Positions 39,356 through 52,033 are shown, numbered from the whole stretch's first letter. The stretch is DNA of 54,763 bases, filler included, from Sphacelaria rigidula (GCA_964200075.2; 5 parts of 5 records of this genome joined end to end with filler, not necessarily neighbours in it), one strand, 5' to 3'. Notes: generated from the letters alone by a model not told the origin. Made by a program: numbers and translations.

Positions 39356-40293
39356 TGTATGTATATACTGGTATGCATGTGTGTATGCATGCTTGTATGT
39401 ATGTGCATGTATGTATGCATGTGTTGTAGAGAGGATACACGGGTGTCCGACCATCGACGCCAGTGTAAAAAAGACACAAACCCTTGAGGCTAGCACAGCC
39501 TGCATCTCATGGAATAGGATTCCCGCCTCGCAGGCCCGACAATTGACAAAACAGTCTCACATTGTTCACAACTTTTGCAATGTTCGGACGAATTATCGTC
39601 GGTTTGAATCACCAAATCTACGATTTTTCAAGTCTGATTGCTCGAAAGAAGAAAAACAAAAATGCGCTGATCGAAAAGGTCTCCACGCAAGTTTTGCGCC
39701 ATTCCGCGTGCCTGAGCTGCGCGTACCTTGGTTGCAACGTCGGAAACAAGGCTTAAGGGTTGATGCGTACGGTACGAATCAATGACACTGAAATCGAGAC
39801 ATTTCCAGACGAATCATTCATTCGTCCAACCCTTGAAATTCCGTTCTACTCTCGCTTGATGCACTGACGTACGTGTACTCGTGATCGTGGAGTAGACAGA
39901 GGGATGCTCGAAAGTGACTACATAAGGGAAAATGGCTGAACGACTCTCTGAGAGCGGACGTATCATGAACAATGAGTTGCAGGACCGAAGTCCCAGGCAC
40001 ACAAGCAGGATACGGTGTCCCACGCTCTCGTCCAGGGGAAGGTCTCGAAAGGGAGAGAGACGGGAGGGGGCCCGGGGGGGGGGGAGAAAGTACGAGAAGG
40101 GGAGGATATATGCCATGACCTACCTTTTCAAACTGTTTTGATGCTTGATTATTTTCCACCTTGTGTCCAAGAAGCATTGACCATAACACAATTCCCCTCT
40201 CTTGCCGCCATGCCATGTTATGCATGCTATTTTGCTTTTCTGCTATACGTGTCCCTGCTGTCCCTGCTGTCCCTGCTGCTCCTGCTTTGCCAG

Positions 40294-40390
40294 CTGGTGC
40301 ACACGTCGGTGCAAGCCCTGATGGCGCTACGCAACGGATTTTTTGACGCCAAGAAACCGTCACAACCACCGTCGGCACCCTACGCCGGCG
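40294..40390 (+). CDS. Putative exon, phase-compatible with the exon ending at 37600
   Basis: Pyrimidine-rich ccag acceptor, gtgagt donor, LVHTSVQALMALRNGFFDAKKPSQPPSAPYAG. Confidence 0.5.
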
Positions 40391-40887
40391 GTGAGTACAG
40401 TTAGTTGCGAATCCTATCCGTGAATCCGGGTACTGTCGTCGTGGACCAAAGGAGGGTGCACACAATGACGCGGCTACATAGATATACGAGAGGATCATCA
40501 GTGGGTGGATGCGTTTCATCGATCTTTTGTTTACAGTAGCACGTGAAAAATAATTGGTGTCAACCAACGTAGTGGTGAACATGAGTTAGAGTGCAGTAGT
40601 GCGCGATCAAGCGATGAAGCGGCCTATCACTGGGAGCATTTCGCGTGTGTTTCCGCCGTGGCTTCTGTTGTTTCAGCTTGATGCTACTACAGTAGTTGTA
40701 ACAATACTGCCGGTATGGGTCTTGTTTATTTTTCAGTGGAAGCGCACAATTGAGTGTCGCATATCGTGTTATTTGTTCATATCTATATATTTCATGTATT
40801 CCATCTACGTAAATGTATTCGGAGTGGGAGTGGCCAAAAAACGAGTGACACTCTCCACTTTCCCGACCAACTACTACTAGGAGAGGG

Positions 40888-41140
40888 TTACATTGCGTAG
40901 AGGGGCTTGACCACAAGAAATGGGCATGTGCCCACCTCCTTTTGTATCACGTGGCTGTAATTGTTATTGACATATGCGAAGTACTCCATATACGACACCC
41001 ATGGTCGTGACCATGCATATTTATTTTCTTTACTTTCGTACACAACATCGTCGTTGTCCAGTGCAAGAGGAATAATAGGCAAAACCGCAGGTCGACTCTG
41101 ATAGAAGAAGAGAGGAGCATTCGCCCCCATCGTGGCCAGT
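40888..41140 (-). CDS. Putative exon of an unidentified protein
   Basis: gacag acceptor and a protein-like frame LATMGANAPLFFYQSRPAVLPIIPLALDNDDVVYESKENKYAWSRPWVSYMEYFAYVNNNYSHVIQKE; may end at a gtgggc donor near 40935 or at the stop at 40888. Confidence 0.4.
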
Positions 41141-42636
41141 CTGTCGTGATGTCAAGCGCGAGGGTACTGTTGTACGCATGTATGTGATGAAGGTTTAGTC
41201 GTTGATACGAATCTCTGTCGTTCTCGAGGTTGGATGTGCTTGTTTTCCTCCTGTCTTCTCTTTTCTTTCTTCCACATACATTCGATTAACAGTATTGGTT
41301 ATACGCGGCAGAAACACAATAGCAGAAACAACAAGAACAGCGGCAGCAGTAGCGGCAGCATCAGCAGCAGCGACAATCACATCGGAAATTCCCCACTTTG
41401 ATTAACTCAATGCTTCATGCAGTGTACGTAGGGTAAGGTACGAGGTAGATGGCGCACACAAGCGTCGCCCAATAAGGCTGATTTATTCGTTGCATTAGCC
41501 GCACGGGAGGGAAAAAGTGGCCGCTTTGGGTCCGTCCACACGTGCAAAGATACTGTAAAACAGCAATACCAAACTTTCCTGATATGGGGATACCGCAACC
41601 ATTACAGAACAGAACAGAAGTTGTCGGTTTAACGTTCTTATTAGTTAGAAAGCAACGGGCATTAAACGGTTTGCAGGTTGGAAAAAGCGGAATTTTATAG
41701 AGGAGAACCTATATGATTCCCCACGAGTGTTACATGCGATTGCAAAATCTCTGTCGTCCTTCTTTTATACCTGGCGGGAGGACAGGGAAGCCACAGTTCC
41801 TCAGCTAGAGTCCTTTTAATCATGTTTATGTAGTTGGAAAAACCGAACTGTTTTGTTTTTACAGAGGTTGCAAAATTCGGTACGTGTTGCTACGCCGGGC
41901 GACCTCTGTGCAGACGCCAGCCAGTCCAGGAGAGCGATGAGAGCTAGCTATAATCTGTTCGCCTGCCGTACTGCCACCAGCGTTGCTTGATAGCCACAAG
42001 ACCTTTAAGGTTGGCGGTTGATGGCGTGGGTGTCGAATGCAACGACAAGTGGTTGATCATAGAGCACCCTTCTTCTTCGTGGGTTCATATCTCGCCCCAG
42101 GTGGTAATGCGTGACCTCGTTACATCGGAATTATTTCTCGAAAGCTACTGTACCGAGGTGTTCACGCAGCCAGCGCGCGTGCTCCAGATTGCAGCATGGA
42201 CGCACCCCTCTGCACCACGCTCGCAACGGTTAGATCACTACCATAGGTATCTTTTTTCACTCCGCATGTCAAAAAGGTCTCCACAAGTGTTTGATGTCTC
42301 ATACACCCCCCTCCCCAACTGGCGTCTCGCACGCTGTTGTCGTTGGGCATCCAGAAGGTCGCTCACATACATTCGGGTAAAATCAATCATGAATAACACT
42401 CCCCAAGTTAAAATTGGATATATCTGTTGTTTTCGCCGCACCACCGCCCTTGCTGGCATGTGTGTGACAGAGAGCAGTAGTAGCGGTAACGGGAACATTG
42501 CCCTATTTTTCGACATGTTTTTCAGCGCACAGAGGCGCGTCCTGTCCAAGAAAAGAGGCAGAGAGAAATCGATCTTCGAATTGACCACAGGCAAAAAGAG
42601 ACGGAATCTCTCCGCACCTCGATGTTCTGATACATG

Positions 42637-43630
42637 GAAAAATGGGTACATGCTGGTAACATGCATGATGCCAGTCTCTCGGACGATCGGTAATCGCCGA
42701 GCGAGGACACACAAAGGACACGGGCGAGGAGCTTCCTCTCTGTCGTTGCTTCTCTCTCTGGTGATACCGTTATCGACACGCGGGTACACCGCATTCGTTG
42801 GGTGCACCTAGCCACAGCTGTTTAACTGCTGCGAACGTTTGGGGGGGAAGATGGGTTCGCTCGGTCGTAAGTGTTTCGCGTCATCCCTACAAAACCGAAA
42901 TACCACTTCAACCTCATTTTTGAGATGGATCCCATTTTTCAGGATCCGCTGTTAACAGCTGTAATGTTTTGGCATCAAACGATCGTATGTATATATATAT
43001 ATATATATAAGGTCCCGACTTCTGCAGGCCATTGCGCATGTTGGAGGGAGTTAAAGATGATGATATTGGGCACATCTCCCCGCGGTTGTACAGAGCATGT
43101 CCTGCTAGCATTCTGCCTCTTGTGCCCCACGCCCCCATGCTGGCTGATGACGGTACGCGGAGGCCTCTAGTGTAAGATACAAGGAGGGACAAAGTCACTG
43201 TCTCTCGCTTGGTTTGGCATCGCGGCTAATCCCAATCGTCGTTGAAAACAAATTATATCTCCCTCTCTTGTTCGCGAGTTTTCAATGAAGAAAAACACAC
43301 GACTTGAACCAAACTCTTGGTCGAGCCAGAGCTATCTGCCTGAAATATGTCGGCGGCAATATGCCCTGAATCGATTTCAAACACGTTCCGATAATGAGGA
43401 TTCGCTCCTGATGTTACGAACTGTCGTTTACTCAAGCTGTGTTTACAGTGAAGCAGGCGTGGCTGACTGCGCCCAACCCGGTGTACATGTGTGTCGATGA
43501 CGATGCTACCGGAGGAGTGTAATGGCGGAGAGGAAGCTCCTCGCCCGTGGCCTGTGTGTATCTTCGTTCGGCGATCCCCAATCAGCACAGAGATTGGCAT
43601 CACTTGACCACCACACTCACCATTTTTTAG
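42637..43630. repeat. Diverged inverted repeat pair (~42637-42830 and ~43430-43630)
   Basis: CACGGGCGAGGAGCTTCCTCTC versus GAGAGGAAGCTCCTCGCCCGTG, with flanking similarity over ~190 bp. Confidence 0.7.
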
Positions 43631-43792
43631 CCCTTTCATCGGCGTGCATAATAACGGCAGGCGGTTAGTTTTACAGCCCCCCCTAGAAAATCGACTTGGC
43701 TTGCGGCATCTTGACTGATGTATTAACAGAGGATTCTATAAAATGAGGTTCATCAATGAAATGAGGTTCGAGCTCAAAACAGTACTTTCTCC

Positions 43793-43892
43793 NNNNNNNN
43801 NNNNNNNNNNNNNNNNNNNNNNNNNNNNNNNNNNNNTTAATTAATTAANNNNNNNNNNNNNNNNNNNNNNNNNNNNNNNNNNNNNNNNNNNN
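43793..43892. other. Artificial contig linker
   Basis: Same N44-TTAATTAATTAA-N44 structure. Confidence 0.98.
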
Positions 43893-44753
43893 GGTGTATG
43901 GGTGTTGTCGCTATGGGGTTGTTGGGTGGTTGGGGGGGCGGTAGCTGGGGGGGGGGTGGACAGCACATCGTGCCGCAGCCCATCACCCCGTCACCCACCA
44001 CACTCCACACACCACACACACCACACAGCCACTTGCCGCGAACCACACCGGTCTGCAACATGAGCCGCCTTCACACTTCCGGCTTTGTGAAAGGCGGTAG
44101 CGCAGAGTCTGCGCTCGACGTTTCTGCCTAACCGTCTGTATCTGTGTCTGCTACGGTCGACGTTTCTGCCGAACCATTTGTATCTGTGTTTGCTACGGCG
44201 GCTGCTGCTGCACCAGTGCTGCTGCACCAGTGGCCGCCCCACTGCCCTCAAGCAAGAGCGGAGAGAGCGGGCAAGCAGAGATACCCGCGAAGCCCGGCGT
44301 ATTTACAGTGTTTGCACGTTGCAGTTGATAGTTTAGCGGTATTTCGTGTACAGACACCAGAAAGGGGGCGAGAGAGTATGGCGGATGCCTTGTGAATGTT
44401 TCAAGTAGGCGGGAGTGTTTCGCGTGTGAGGGTAGATGGTCATCTCTTTTCATCATATCAAGTTTTTTCTACAAGCTTTGGAATTCCATTGCTTTGGCGT
44501 TTAGGTGTCTAGAGAGTATACTTCGTTATGTAGCCGACAATGAAAAAAATAGACCTATGCTGACGACCCATCCCTTGTTTTGTTTGGAGAACAGGAAAAG
44601 CGAGCGCGCATTTGCAGTCATCATTTTTCGCCCAGTTTCTACATTTGGCGTGTTCGTCGTTGAATAATGAGTGCGTTCGCAGTGCGCAGTGCGCAGTGCG
44701 CAGTGCGCCGAGCCAAGGAATGTGCTCAAATTCGATAGAAATATGACGGAATA

Positions 44754-44754
44754 G

Positions 44755-44791
<37 letters not shown>
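44754..44791. repeat. (GTT)n microsatellite
   Basis: About 12 perfect units; a short (GCGCAGT)n run lies just upstream at ~44677-44707. Confidence 0.95.
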
Positions 44792-45249
44792 CTTTACATT
44801 GAATATCGTTCCGATATCTGCGCGGTACATTCGTACTGGGCATCTGATGCGCACGCCTTCCGTGGTCACAGGCTAGCTACCTATAATCAGGTATGAGGAA
44901 ATCAAACGAAACCAAAAAGACAAAATCGGCCAAGATTAAAACTCACAAAACGCGATACAAGAAAAACAGGGATAAATAATAAAAGCAGAAAGATAATACA
45001 TATGGCCAACTTCAGAAACTCCGGTGCCGCAGGTGGCCATTAGGACTTCAGGGGGAGCACCCGGCTTTCCATCTCGACGCGGGAGGCCAAGTAGAAATGA
45101 ACACCGGGTCCGACTACGGGTGAGACTCAAGGCCCCACATACCACCAACCAAAGAACTAAGAATCGCAAGGTTCCATCTTTCGACCTCTCGAGGGACAGC
45201 CATACGTACAAGCATACCAGGTGTATCAAGACAAACACTGCATGACATA

Positions 45250-45720
45250 ACGACACCCCTCATCGGGGGGGTTCCCTCACCCCCCCCTTTCTCAGGACCG
45301 TCGTCATTGCTGTGTTGTGTGGGCTTCGTTGGTCTTCCGTCTAACCGCACGCAGTCGGCTGGCCTCCTCTTCATTTCTGTGTCATGAGGTCATAAACCTC
45401 TCCGCTCCCTGCAGCACTCCCGCGTGCCACAGCACCCCCCATCCTTATTCGCTGCTGAGGGCCGTAGGACGCGGTCAATTCCGAATGTCTTGGCAGTTGT
45501 CGTTCGTAGAGCCGTCTGTGGCTCCGAAAGCGTGGTGATCGTCCCTCAGGCACTTCAGCCAGTTTGTTCCGGGCACCCTGGTCCTGGATCCTTCCCCCCC
45601 CGACCAGTGTTCCGAATGCTATTCGCTTCGGTAATCGTTCGTCCGGTTGTCTAGCCAGGGCTCCCGCGAACAGCAGTCGTCGTTGCCGGACAATGGCTTC
45701 AATAATAAAGTCGTAGAATA
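45250..45720 (-). mobile_element. RTE-clade LINE 3' ORF remnant
   Basis: IEAIVRQRRLLFAGALARQPDERLPKRIAFGTLVGG matches the RTE C-terminal motif R.RRL.wAGH..RM...RLPK...fG.L. Confidence 0.75.
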
Positions 45721-46016
45721 TACTTTGGTATATCACCAGCTTGAACAACACACTATCTATCATGCATCACACCTCGAGTTGTGATCAACTTCCTCTTTTG
45801 CGACTTGCCCCTTGCACGATGAACCATTTTTGTCGAACCGAAGCATCACGCAGCGTGTTGTGCCGCCACTTCTACAATGTCGGATAACAAATCACAAATC
45901 ACACACTGGTGCTGCTGTACCTTCATACAATCAGGCGTGCACCCACTTCGGTGTAGGTTGCTAGTGTTAATGTAGTACCGTGAGGTCTTGCAAGCTGTAT
46001 CCCCACCAAAACAGCC

Positions 46017-47623
46017 GTATCGTATCGTATCGAGTATCGATACGTATCGGGTCATTTTCCGCTTATCGGAAAAAATATAGGTATCGACCGAGGGAGCCCA
46101 TATCGGGAAATCCATGAACCACCCCCTCACCCCCTCTACCCGCGGTCGAGAATGAGGAAAATGCCAAATCCATTTGGGAAAAACCTTTTTCTTCCTATTT
46201 CTCCACCAGTATACGAAATTGAACGATCATTTAGATATCTCCAGGTTCGCCTCAACGGAAGCAGCCCAAAACCGAGGAGTTTTGGTGTGTCAGTTGTTCT
46301 TGTGGCGATCGGGGAGCGATTTTGCCGGCTGCAAAATGACTTTTGGGTCGCGGTGATCACTGGATAATGAATGCCGAGTCCCGCTGGCTTTTGCAAGACC
46401 GTTTGTTATTACCGACCTGGCACTATTGCAGTGATACGGCCGCGATGGTAAGGAGAGCGGTGTACGACGAACAGTTCTGTACTGCCACTGTGTTGTGGTG
46501 TGTGTGTTGTCGTCTCATCTATGCTGGGCGCCGATCAACACCTTTCGGTATATGTGGGCGCACCAGCCGGGGTCACACAGGAGGAAGGTTAACAAAGGAG
46601 TCTTTTCTTATCATTTGTTTTTAGTACCCCACCGTCCTTCTGCGGTGCATGCCTTCATTTTTTATTGCCAGACGAGTTTAGCAGGCCCTTTCCCTCGTCG
46701 ACCGTTAGGTCGAATTTTGTGTACCCACGACATAGCCGCTCTCCACTGTTGAACATTGTGTGAGAAAAAATCCCAGATCGCTCCGAGAATTGAACCCACG
46801 ACCCGACTGTCAGAAGGTGTGGAGGTTACCAACTGAGCCACCGGGGCGACCGGCTCTACTGAATGACTAAAACGTACATGCAGTACTCGTAAGTTGACTG
46901 TGTGGTGTTACCAGCCGGTACGAAAATGTTATAATATTATAGACGTGCACAATGTGTGAGTTGCAGAGAATCACGTACTTGGCCCGCGTTTGGGCAGACA
47001 GCCGTGTTCGTATAACGCCTATATCTACATATCGCAATTGATACTGCACTGCGACACAAGAGAGGGAGAGGTTGCGAAGGGGAATGTTATGGCCGTGGCG
47101 TTGCGAAAAAGAATATCCAACATCGAGGTAGCGGCAGTCATGAAATATAATCAACATGATATTAATATACTGTTATGCCCGCAACGGCAGATCCATGCAA
47201 ACTCCTGGGTGCCAGGCGTCCGTGCCCACTTCACGTTCACCCCTTGCAAGACTTCTGGAATCTACGGCACAGTTCCAGCGCCGGTACCCTCAGCGATTTG
47301 ACCTTCACTCCCTGCTTCTGCGGACATGTTCTTCTCTACTTGCTTCGACTTACCCCTGCAGTACCACCTACCGTTTCGGTACACCCGGCGCAGGCCGACG
47401 TTACCGGCAATCACGTGTGGTGCAGTACAGCAACTACTACCGCCATCATCCAGCGATCAGGGGGGTACCCCCCCCTCCTCCAACCCCAGAATGAGCTTTG
47501 TGCGGCGAAAGAGGGGGTGGTGCATGGATTTCCCGATATGGGGCCCCTCGGTATCGACGTCTCGAGGTCGATACGTTGAAAATATCGTATCGAACGTTTT
47601 TTCCCGTTCGATATTCATCACTG
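46017..47623. mobile_element. Probable hAT-derived element with inverted subterminal repeats
   Basis: CCCATATCGGGAAATCCATGAACCACCCCCTC (~46097-46128) is inverted at ~47511-47545; GTATCG motifs at both ends; right end ...CATCACTG; internal GNVMAVALRKRISNIEVAAVMKYN resembles the hAT dimerisation domain. Left boundary uncertain. Confidence 0.5.
46615..46854 (-). mobile_element. tRNA-derived SINE family S2
   Basis: Minus strand GCCGGTCGCCCCGGTGGCTCAGTTGGTAAC (A box) ... GGGTTCAATTCTC (B box); no acceptor stem; followed by a non-tRNA body. Confidence 0.75.
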
Positions 47624-49385
47624 ATATATATGTTTATCATGCCCTCTCCATGCTCCGTAACAATTTGAAGGCCCAACTCTCAACATTGAGGTGAGGCGGG
47701 GCCTACAAACTAGAAATCCGCTTCTAGGCTGGACCAGCTCAAAGCAAGGGCTTGTCGTAGAGTACCGAGTCCGAATCTCGACAGTATTTCATCACGCTTT
47801 CCCACTGGTTTCTAGCTTTGGGAACGTGAACTATGAAAAAAGATTCTTGCGCGGGCCTCAAGAGCTCTGATGCACTTCTCGACGAAATTTGGAAGGCACG
47901 TACCGGGGAAGGCGCCCGTCGATCCCCTGAGATAACGGGCTCCTGCCGATGAAAGAGAAGGAAAGGGCTGCGGGTCGGCAGTGTACCGTAAAATACGAAA
48001 ATTTGACGTTGTCACGTGGAAGCTTGTTGATCTTTGACTGCTTCATCAATCTATTGAGGGTGATGTGTACTTCTGGCTTACGTTTCTAAAAATCGATTGT
48101 ACGATCAAGTAATGACTAAATGATTTCAGTCCAATAGAAAATGAGATGGAGGCGATGTGCTGGGTGCAGTTTGGACTTTTCCGGTGACGTTATTTCAGTG
48201 ATGCACAAGTGTTTTTATCCAATGACGAGACATTTAGTGAGGTGCTTGGTGTTCGGTGGTTCTTCGATCATGTGGCATTAGATTATTTTGTTGTGGGGGC
48301 ATGTAATAAGGGGGACTGGGTGTGTTGATCGTTAACGGATATTTGGTTTCCATCTTCGTTGTGTTTAGTTCGTGCATTTTGGAGAACTGGGAAGCGGTGT
48401 CGAACAACTGCGAACATTGTCCCATTATCAGATATTTTTGTCATCAGGTCATTTGCCACGGCGCCCTGGTGGTTCAAACATGTAGATCCTCAGGGTTGGG
48501 GCGTAAGAAGAAGGGTTCGAATCCACGTAGTACTAAGAATGATGCTATTTTACAAGGAGCATGTAGTACCTGTCGTTGAAAGCGTGAGCTCGTGAACAGC
48601 GGATAATTGTTGAGGGAAGGTGCCGCAGTGTGGGAGTGTTGATGCAACGCACGATACGAATGTCGGCCATGTACAGGGACAGAAATGGGTGGGATATACT
48701 ACGTGCTCGTCCCGATAAAGAGGAAGGTTTACAAGTATAAAGGGGGAAACAATACATGGCAGTGGTGTGACTTTTGTAGTATTTCTGTCCATACACGTTT
48801 TCGACGTTCCACACTGTCACAAAAATCCAGCGGGAATGTTTGCCACAGCTCATGTATCAAGTTCACGCTCGGCATCATACTTGTTTTGGATGGGTACCCT
48901 GTCTTCACTGCAAACCATAACACCTCGCGCAGTGAGGAAGCGTGTCATGCACTTACGTGGCTTGAATCCGCCATCAACGACACCGTTCCCTATTATGCTG
49001 CTGTATACTCGCTGTACCTTCGGTTCGCCGTTTGATGTTGTTGGGGCAAATACACATCCCACGGTATATTGGTCGACTCGGTTTCTCCCAAGTGGGATCT
49101 CCTGCTGCATGCGATCTGTGTCAATTGCGTTGTGGTGGCCTAATGTACTTAACTTGTCGCTTAAGCACCAGAGCTTTTGTACCCATGATTAGTCGTCAGC
49201 CGTGTCGATTGTGGGTGTGACTCCCAGAAGTCGCTGCCGTTGCTTTTGGTGGACAGCGCGTGCCGCACCTGATCCACATGCAGCCTGCTTCACATTCGCA
49301 CTGCAGTGGTCATGTCACTGCTCATTAGCGACCATACGTAACGTAGTTGCGTATTACCCTTGGCATGATCCCCTCCCCTGGCCAG

Positions 49386-49457
49386 GCTCTATCCCGCCGG
49401 CGCTGGCCCGCCTCAGTCGTCTTCGGAAGCTGAACCTGGGCGGGAACAAGTTAACTG
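49386..49457 (+). CDS. Single 72-nt exon encoding one 24-aa plant-type leucine-rich repeat
   Basis: ccag/gtgagt boundaries, phase 1-1, GSIPPALARLSRLRKLNLGGNKLTG = G.IP.L..L..L..L.L..N.L.G. Confidence 0.9.
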
Positions 49458-50726
49458 GTGAGTGGAAAGACCAGAGAATCCCGCGACGAAGGCCGTGTTG
49501 CTTAATCTGTCGAAATCCGTCACATGTCGTTTTGATCTTTGTCCCGTCCCCCGCACGCATGGTGCACCGGCATACACAGCTGTAGAAAATTGAGGCAAAT
49601 ACTCCAGGTGTCGTGTCGTGAGTGTTACATGTGCTTGATCACAATAAATACAGCGGCGAAGCTCAATGTCTTTTCGTTTGTAATTGCCACACTCGTGGCT
49701 CATGTTCCATACGTTGTACCCAGCCGTCCTACTCTAGTCCAAGCACAATGGGTCATGATTCAGTGCAAGACGCCTCGGACACATTTCCATGGTGATCGAA
49801 ACGATAAGCTACTGTACCTCCCGGAAATATGAGGATGTGGAAGTGTCATACGAATCCTCCTGCAGTACGTTCTGTGGGATGGTATTGTCCTATGCTACTT
49901 GCATAATGTGTTCCGTAGTGTGCCGCATGCCCTGCAGTAGATTCTTGGCCCCCGTGTGCTGTCTTGGTTGCGGGACGAGTGGAGACATTATATATGAGTT
50001 CATGCATTTGAGTGCGCATGCGAGCGCACTAAAGTATGTAAGTGCATAAACGAGTTGGTGCAGCCGAGGCGCATCCATCTGACCCATGGCCACTTTCGAA
50101 GAATTGGCCGTGTCTTGTGACAAACTTCAGGCTCTTCATTTCATTCAGAATCATTCGCACGATGTTTTCACCCTTTAGTGTGCAATGTGGCCCGTATCGT
50201 TATTGACATGCTGCTATGCTCAGATTTTCAGCCACCCACCACTGGTCTGGGAAGCGTATTCTTCACCAACCCAATTATCATTTTCTGTGGCGGTCCTCCC
50301 CGCCGGCAGACGCCTCTGGAGGTCCGCAGCAAAGCTGCAGGGATAAATCGTTCACAGTTACACGTTATTTTTTCGTCTCTGTCCATTCGTTTTCAATTCT
50401 GATTGAATATTTTCATGTTTCACACGCGCATCTTCGTATGTACACGCATTTCACCACACAACTCAAGGAGATTACCAACAATGGTACTACAACAAATGCA
50501 ACGTGTGCAGTACCCTTGAACGTCGAGATTCATCTCGTAACCTCTCGTCGTCCGATCTTCCAGTGTTTCGACAACAGAGTCGAGTAATTGTAGCCCTAAA
50601 CTAGACCCCAGTACTCGATACGCCGCATTGAAAACGAAATTGAAGTACTTCGTACACGCGAAACTATAATAGAGTCATCGGTATCGGTCTTCCCCACAGC
50701 CCCAACCCCTGCCCCCCCCCCATCCC

Positions 50727-51290
50727 CTGGTTCGGCGAAAACCCGGCGTGGTCCGTCTCGCTCTTTTAGGGGCAGACCCCGTACGAGTATGGGGTTGGCG
50801 TCGGTTGGCGATGACGCTGTGAAATACGCCACTCACTGCGTAAGCTAGGCAACCACGTTATCGATTTTTTTCGCGCGCTCGGGGTTTGTTTGCGATAACC
50901 ATGATGGTGGTCGACCTAGATCATATTGTGCGGGGTGGAAGAACCCCAACTCCACGCAAATGGGTATGGTCGTACTACGTAGTGTTAACATGGTAAGACA
51001 CCCGTGAGGCAGTGTATAAGCCGTGGCTATCTCTGGAAGCGGCGATGCGAGAAAACAATGCAACTCATTGGAGGCTTACATCCAAATGCAAGATAATCAA
51101 AACGCTTCGGGCCGGACAATCTTGGCCGGATGCAGCTCACCCTTCATGCGACTCGCCCAGTACACCACGACGCTTCGCGCTTGGTGACTGGTTGGGAGCG
51201 TGGTCCGGCGAAAACTCCGCGTGCTCCGTCCCGGCTTCGTGGGGATGCGAGTTCAATGGTCATATGACTATGTCATGCAAGATGATGAGC
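50727..51290 (+). repeat. Repeat family R1, near-complete copy between C-tracts
   Basis: Starts CTGGTTCGGCGAAAACCCGGCGTGGTCCGTC; this motif recurs at ~51200; ends GATGATGAG-C(n). Confidence 0.85.
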
Positions 51291-51338
51291 CCCCCCCCCC
51301 CCCCCTCCCCGCCCCGCCCCTCCGTATTACTACAATAC

Positions 51339-51815
51339 TTAAGAACAGAAAGGCAGCAGGGGCAGACGAAACACTCAATGAATTTCCAATCACGGGGGAA
51401 AGGCAAAAATTACCAAGATGGTTATGCTGTATAATTGGATACGGGAAATCGAGTACACGCCCAAGACGTGAAGCAAAGGAGTAGTGGTGAACATTTTCAA
51501 GAAAGAAGACCAAGCTGACCCAGGGTATCATAGAGGGATAACGCTACATAGACGAGGAAGAACACCTGAAGATATTGGGGGGGTTGAGAGAGGGGGTAGG
51601 GGTGAAGGGCATATATGCATGGCCCAACAGACTGCAGAGAAGTTGAAACTGCGATTTCGGGTAGAAGACCTGGATCTGCAAGAAATAAGGAAGAGGTATA
51701 CCGGTAGACAAGTGGAGGAGGAGAACAGAATTGCCCCTGTGGCAAAGCAAAAGGATAACCCATATAGTGGCAGAATGTGAACTACACGAGGAGGAACGGG
51801 ACGTGTTGGGGAGTA
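51339..51815 (+). mobile_element. Internally deleted LINE remnant (RT N-terminal region fused to C-terminal region)
   Basis: LKNRKAAGADETLNEF...GVVVNIFKKEDQADPGYHRGITL (RT start), then KLKLRFRVEDLDLQE and, frameshifted, PLWQSKRITHIVAECELHEEERDVL (zinc-knuckle-like end). Confidence 0.8.
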
Positions 51816-52033
51816 CGGGTACGCTCCCCAACACGTCCCGTTCCTCCTCGTATAGTTCACATTCTGCCACTATATGGGTTCTACCCTCTTTTGCTTTGCC
51901 ACAGGGGCAATTCTGTGCCCCTCCTCCACTTGTCTACTGGTATACCTCTTCGTTATTTCTGGCAGATCCAGGTCTTCTACCCAAAATCGCAGTTTCAACT
52001 TCTCTGCAGTCTGTTGGGCCATGCATATATGCC
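51608..52033. repeat. Long near-perfect inverted repeat (hairpin), ~205-bp arms
   Basis: GGCATATATGCATGGCCCAACAGACTGCAG...GGACGTGTTGGGGAG, short loop, then CTCCCCAACACGTCC...CTGCAGTCTGTTGGGCCATGCATATATGCC. Confidence 0.95.

Noticed and set aside
41987..42811. 274-aa ORF and its antisense 189-aa ORF
   Set aside because: No recognisable domain or convincing splice structure; overlaps a repeat.
46780..46854. tRNA genes (also 39280-39355 and 52201-52280)
   Set aside because: A and B boxes are present, but there is no acceptor stem or clean cloverleaf, and each continues into a repeat body; these are SINE heads.
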